A stretch of DNA of 63,353 bases, counting the filler, from Malassezia furfur (taxonomy: Eukaryota): the NCBI GenBank assembly GCA_052055015.1. It is 14 parts of 14 records of this genome, joined end to end, with 100 filler letters (N's around TTAATTAATTAA, not from the genome) between each part and the next. Parts side by side here need not be neighbours in the genome. Positions count along the whole stretch, not along the records: positions 54,485 to 58,873 come from JBQJIT010000682.1; positions 58,974 to 63,353 come from JBQJIT010000683.1; 12 more parts are not named here. One strand, given 5' to 3'. Each line of letters starts with the position of its first letter. Within the stretch, counting starts at the first letter, position 1. The position numbers and the translations under genes were made by a program. A model generated the notes under the pieces. The model saw only the letters and a list, made by a program, of their open reading frames with translations, was not told where the DNA came from and did no database searches. Below are positions 58,195 to 63,353 of the stretch, in pieces.

Positions 58195-58239
58195 ATAGAC
58201 GTCCGCCTCCATATGTTTCGTTCCCCCCTTTGTCGCACC

Positions 58240-58873
58240 ATGTCTTCGTCCCTGATTGGAAAGGTTGTCGCCGTTGAGCCCAGCGGCAAGACGGCACTCG
58301 CCGGTGATCTCGGGCAGCAGATTGCTGCGCAATGGAAGGCGAGCCGTGCGTCGGCCGCCAAGCCCGGCGAGCTGCGTGTGATGTACCCCCAGGATTCCGT
58401 GCCGGTCGCGGCGGTTGCGCTCGGTGAGCAAAAACCCGCGCCGGCCACGGCGCCCGATGCGATGCCTGCCGAAGACATCTACTTGCGCAACGAGCGTCGG
58501 GAACAGTCGCGCCTCGACGCGGCCAAGGGTGTGCGTGCGCTGCGCGACCTCGGCACCGACGGGGAGCACACGGTGGACGTCGACTCGTTCGCGAGCCCCC
58601 ACGCGGCGGCGGAGGGTGCGCTGCTCGGCCTCTGGAGCGTGAACCACTTCAAGACGCGCGGCACGGCGCCGTCGTGGAGCAAACCGAGCCACCTGCAGGG
58701 CGGCCGTCACATTACGCCTGTGCCGCTGAACGGCGCGACGTCCGATGCCGACAAGAAGAAGCTGGTGGACGAGGCGGACGAGCTGAAGGACAGTGCTTCG
58801 CCGCTCAGCTGGTACACGGGCGAGGTGTATGCGCGTGCGCAGAACTGGTCGCGTGAGCTGCAGGAGACGGCCG
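58240..58873 (+). CDS. M17 leucine aminopeptidase, N-terminal part (alternative in-frame ATG at 58213)
   Basis: AAAEGALLGLW and WYTGEVYARAQNWSRELQET match the M17 N-domain/catalytic-domain junction. Confidence 0.75.
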
Positions 58874-58973
58874 NNNNNNNNNNNNNNNNNNNNNNNNNNN
58901 NNNNNNNNNNNNNNNNNTTAATTAATTAANNNNNNNNNNNNNNNNNNNNNNNNNNNNNNNNNNNNNNNNNNNN

Positions 58974-60512
58974 CGAGGAGGGGGGCGGTGGCGCGACGCG
59001 CGGCGCGGCACCGTCGTCCCCTTGGAGCGTCTGTTGGTAGAGTGCGCGGAACTTTTCCACGGCCTGGATGCTTTCCGAGATACGGTACGCCGTATTGATC
59101 AGCGCCACAAGCTCGCTACGCCGAAGCGACACGTGCTGCTCCGGGTCGTTCTCTTCAAAGGCGAACAGCAGCTTGAGCGCCGTACCGATGCCGGTGACTT
59201 GCAGCTTGCCCCACAGGCGGCACTTGTCGCACCCGACGCAGTCCATGATCCGCGAAATGTTCATAAACTGCGCGCGGAAGTCCTCCTTGAGCTCGGCAAT
59301 CTGCAAGTTCTGCACGGGGTCATTGCCCGTCGCAAACAGCCGGTGCTCGTCAAAGGACGGCATATGCGCACCGGCGAACTGGAGCAGCTCGCGCAGCTGC
59401 TTTTCGGTGTCGGGGTCGCGGATTCTGTCGCCAGCGCGCAGCGCAAACTTGTCCAGGTACTCGCCGGCTTTGGACAGCGCGCGCATCATCAGCACGTAGT
59501 CAAAGTAGACGTTTTGCAGGCGCTCAGGGTGCTGCGAAATGCGCGTCATGAAGCACTCGAGGTTCGGGCCCCACGTCTTGGTGTCAGGGTCAAGATACTC
59601 GTTGCAAATGTGGATCGAAATGGAGGCATGCAGCCCTGAAATCACACGGTAAAACACACGCTTTTCGAGGCACTGCTCCATATTGCCCGAGTCCATGGGC
59701 GCCTGCATCGATTCAATCAGCGTCCCAAGGCCCCCCGCGCGGAAGGGCGTCACGTCGTTGCTCGGCTGCATCGTCAGCGGAATAGCCTGTCCAGACCGGA
59801 GCTGCTTCTTGGACACAAAGCCCGTACCGCCGACCGAGGTAGCGCGCGGCGGCTCAATAAATTTGACGCCGCCAAAACAGTTCTCCTCGTAGATGCTGCG
59901 CCAGACCCGGTTTGCACTGACGCCCGCATAACCGGTGAACCGCTCAGGGTTCTTGAGCAGGTCGACGTAGACAGCATCGGGCGACGCATCCTCGTCATCC
60001 AGGTGGCAAAAATTGATGTCGTCCACCGATTGCGCACGCCCTTCCTGTGAGTCGTTGTGCGACCGCTCCACTTCACTCAGACGAATGGTCCGGAACTCTT
60101 CGGGGACATCGGTCTCATTCATGCGTTCCACGGCACAAGCGCGATTCATGCACAGACCATCGTCCACCCAAAAGGGGCAATCCCGAAACAGATCAACCAG
60201 GAAGTAGCGGAAGTATTTCGTCTTGCGCAAGGCATCCAACTTGGCAAACATGAACGCATCGTTCACTTTTTCGACACTTTCGTAGTCGGTACACGCATCG
60301 TGGATTTGCCCCGTAGGGCGGCACAGCTGCTCGCCCTGCAACCCATGCTCCTGTCCGCCATGAGGGGGGTCCATGACCTCTTGCAGGAACTCGGCGCGGT
60401 GGTCGTCGGGAAAGTCCCCTAATGGTGCGAAGGAGGAAGCAGAGCTGTAGCTGGCGCATACGAGAAGAAGCGCAGCAAACACCCACAAATACAAACTCTG
60501 TAGTTGCGCCAT
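58974..60512 (-). CDS. ERO1: ER oxidoreductin Ero1, 3'-truncated
   Basis: FRYFLVDLFRDCPFW, YVDLLKNPERFTGY, CLEKRVFYRVISGLHASIS and MDCVGCDKCRLWGKLQ. Confidence 0.96.
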
Positions 60513-61739
60513 ACTCAATACTGCATACCGTCCGGAAAGAAAGACAGAGACGACTGGTTCCGCCACGGATGCAAGGACGTGCGCGTCTGACGTGGAGGAT
60601 GCCACAACCGCGTGCTTCCACGCCCATGGACCTCCACCCTACGGACATAAGCAACGGCCAACACGGTCCAACGTCCTAGTCAGCGGAAATATTTCCCCAT
60701 TTCTGCGAGGAAAAAATATATAAACCCGCCGGTGGACCTTCACCATTTCCTCATTTCTGCTGCTGTGGGGCCTACTCCTGAACCTTGAACCTCGCCTTTT
60801 ACTAGATTCAACCGGGCCGGTCCCACGCAATGGCAGCATGATGTATTTTTCGATCCTTTTCCTTGTATCAAGGAGTTTTATGATTGCGATGATGCTGCTG
60901 GGTGGGCCATGGCAAACCCAGGTGGCATCGCCTTTTTTTTTATGGGCCCATAGTTAGGTCACGTGATGTAATGAAGCAAACGCAAAGGCAGGTTCCTAGC
61001 AGCAGTACACGAGCGTGTACAGAGGCGTCAGACAGCCTGGGTCATGCCTACACTCGACCTGACGCGTTCGCTTATGGATTTCCATCATTTCCTTCATCCC
61101 TGAATATAATTTATCCTACATCGCGACTCAAATGCACATCACATATCAAGTCTATCAGAGTTGAGCGGCCAATCCCCCCAACGGTTGTCGAGCAATCCGA
61201 ACAATCCGAACGTCCCAGACAAAATCCAAGAGCCCAAAAGGCCTCGAAGCAACCGAAGGGCAACAGATCATCGACGGGCGGCAAGGCCCATTGTCCCTCA
61301 CTGGCTTATAGGGATTTGGCAGACGCAACGCGCCATAACGCCCGGGATTCATCCACTAGACTGAAATATTGTGACATGCGTTTGAGCACGAAAGATCCGG
61401 TTATCGACTTTATTAAGTGATTCCGTAAAGCTGGCGGGTGTTAGTCCTTGTCCTTGCAGCCGGAGGTGGCACGTACTATGATCTTAAAGGAAACCTGTAA
61501 GCGGGGATTCCCTGTATATATACTTTCGGTGCCTCCACTTTTTTTTTTCCTCGAAGTCCGGCGCCATGTGGCTTTGGGCCGCGTGGCCCCAGAATTTCTG
61601 GCCGTACCGAGCCGACGCGTGCCGTCGCTGCGGCATTGTTTGCCACTTACATCCCCGACGCACTTGGCCTGTGCACGCTGTGCCCCTTGTCGCTTCTACG
61701 TGGTCATACGCACCTGTTGCTATCCGCTAGGTGTACTGA

Positions 61740-62236
61740 ATGAGCGAGCAACGCACGCGGCCTACGGCTCGGCCGGATGCGCATGGGTCGCGCACCATGA
61801 CGGTGGAGCGCGCCGGCACGTCGCAGGTGGACGGTGGCGCGCAGGACGTCGGGCGCCTGCATCTTCGTGCGGTGGGTCGAGAGAGGGAACGCGAGGCACT
61901 TTCGGACTCGACGCACTCCGACCGGTGTGTTGTGTGGACGGAAGACACCATCGACAACGAAGGGATGGGCAAAAAGAAAAGCAAGAGTACGTCGTGTGCC
62001 GCACTGACCCAGTCTGCTGTATCTATCACAAGCCGCGTGCGTTTGACGAGTCCTCCTCCGAGAGCTCCGACTCGGACTCGGACGGGAGCTCGTCGAGTGC
62101 ACCTGAGTCATCCTCGGACGACGACGGTGCAGCGCGGCCCTCGCGCGGTATGCGGCATCGGCATACGCATCGCTGCAAGCATGGGCGGACACCAGATGCC
62201 GCTGGGCCCAAAGCCAATGCCTATGAGCGCCCGTAG
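61740..62236 (+). CDS. YPI1: PP1 regulator Ypi1/Inhibitor-3; intron 61987-62011 (25 nt)
   Basis: RCVVWTEDTIDNEGMGKKKSK|ICCIYHKPRAFDESSSES...NAYERP. Confidence 0.92.
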
Positions 62237-62586
62237 GAGGCCCTGTACGATAGTTTCTATCCTCTTTCTTTGCCGTGTCACTACCTCGCGCACGGCTGCG
62301 CGGATGGCCTGCCTGCCCTTGCTTGCCTGCCCGCGCCGCGCCAGCCGCCCTTGCAACAACCCCTTGGCGTGCCTCGCGAAACGAATGCGCGTATGCGCCT
62401 TGCATGCGGGCTGATTTTCGGCACGCGCTGCCATTCGTCCATTCTGACTGAGCCACCGGCCCCACCAATGAGGTCCACGTGACTGGCACTTTAGTGGCGC
62501 GTTTTCCCGGCACGTCGTGGGCCCAGCCGACCGCGACGTACCTTGGCTTTCCTACGCTGTGGTCTCTGGCTGATCCTGTGTGTAGC

Positions 62587-63353
62587 ATGTCCAGACCTGC
62601 GCCGACACCGACGCCGAAGCGTATCCGCCGGGCCCGTGGCCCTGTTCACGGAAAACGCCAGCTGGACCCACTGGACGATGGTATTCCGACGATTACGACC
62701 GACTACGATGGCGACCCGGTGACGGTCTACGTGTCGCCGATGACCACCCGTACGGACGAGGACGGCGATCCGACGTCCACGCGGTTCCGCACGCTGTCGA
62801 CGCTGCGCTCGTCGCGTACGCGCACGAGCTCCAGCATGACTGATACGGACACAGACACGCTCGGGGGCGGTGCTTTCCCGACCGGTACGTGGAGCCCCCC
62901 GCGCTGACCCAGGCACGAGTACTTCGACGGACGACGACGACGACGACGACTATACTTCGACCTCGTCGTCGACCACATCGACCACATCGTCGACCGGCAC
63001 CGACGACCTGCTGACCTCGACGAGCTCGACGAGCTCGACGACCTCGTCCTCGTCGTCCTCGTCGTCGCGCACGCGCTCGTCGTCGAGCAACACGCGCTCG
63101 CTTACGAGCTCCACGTCGGCGTTCTTGTCGGACACGTCGCTGCCGTCGACGGCGCTGCCGTCGGATACCTCTACGCCCTCGCCCACGGGCGGCAGCGGCT
63201 CGTCGAACCACACTGGCGCGATTGCCGGCGGTGTGGTCGGCGGTGTGGTGGGTTTGATCGTCGTCGCAACGATCGTTGCGCTGCTGTTCATGGGCGCGCG
63301 CAAGAAGCGGCGGAACCAGATGGCGCCGGAGATGGCGCAGCAGACGCACTACG
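62587..63353 (+). CDS. Ser/Thr-rich single-pass membrane protein (Mid2/mucin-like surface sensor), runs off the window; intron 62885-62912 (28 nt); start uncertain
   Basis: The spliced frame gives a Ser/Thr-rich stalk, then GAIAGGVVGGVVGLIVVATIVALLFM followed by the stop-transfer RKKRR. Confidence 0.75.

Overview
This is eukaryotic, not prokaryotic, DNA: a very compact, GC-rich basidiomycete yeast genome. By inference it is Malassezia, probably the M. furfur lineage, based on gene density, tiny GT-AG introns and a TTAGGA telomere. The window is not one locus. It is 14 unrelated contigs of 4495 down to 4380 bp, sorted by decreasing length and joined by an artificial 100-nt spacer (44 N + TTAATTAATTAA + 44 N), so adjacency across spacers means nothing. 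The contigs carry about 45 complete or partial genes, mostly housekeeping (ORC3, PIS1, QCR2, CWC2, YCS4, SEC62, ARP3, hexokinase, UDP-galactopyranose mutase, RPL42, ArgRS, NOG2, SEC53, CDC24, PDI1, NPR3, MPH1, COX15, VTC4, RAD1, ERO1, YPI1 and others). Most long ORFs in the six-frame track are GC-driven shadow ORFs. The most notable signals are: (1) pervasive ultra-short spliceosomal introns of 21-28 nt; (2) a 1-nt exon between a 23-nt and a 22-nt intron in SFM1; (3) a coding-like uORF in frame with VTC4; (4) an snR191/U19-type H/ACA snoRNA in the NOG2 intron; (5) 38-44 bp bidirectional promoters with shared CGATCG or CACGTG motifs; (6) a telomere about 1 kb from RAD1; (7) a GC trough that might be an eroded centromere; (8) an out-of-frame CFT1::SPT2 junction. 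All gene identities come from my recognition of motifs by eye. No database search was run.
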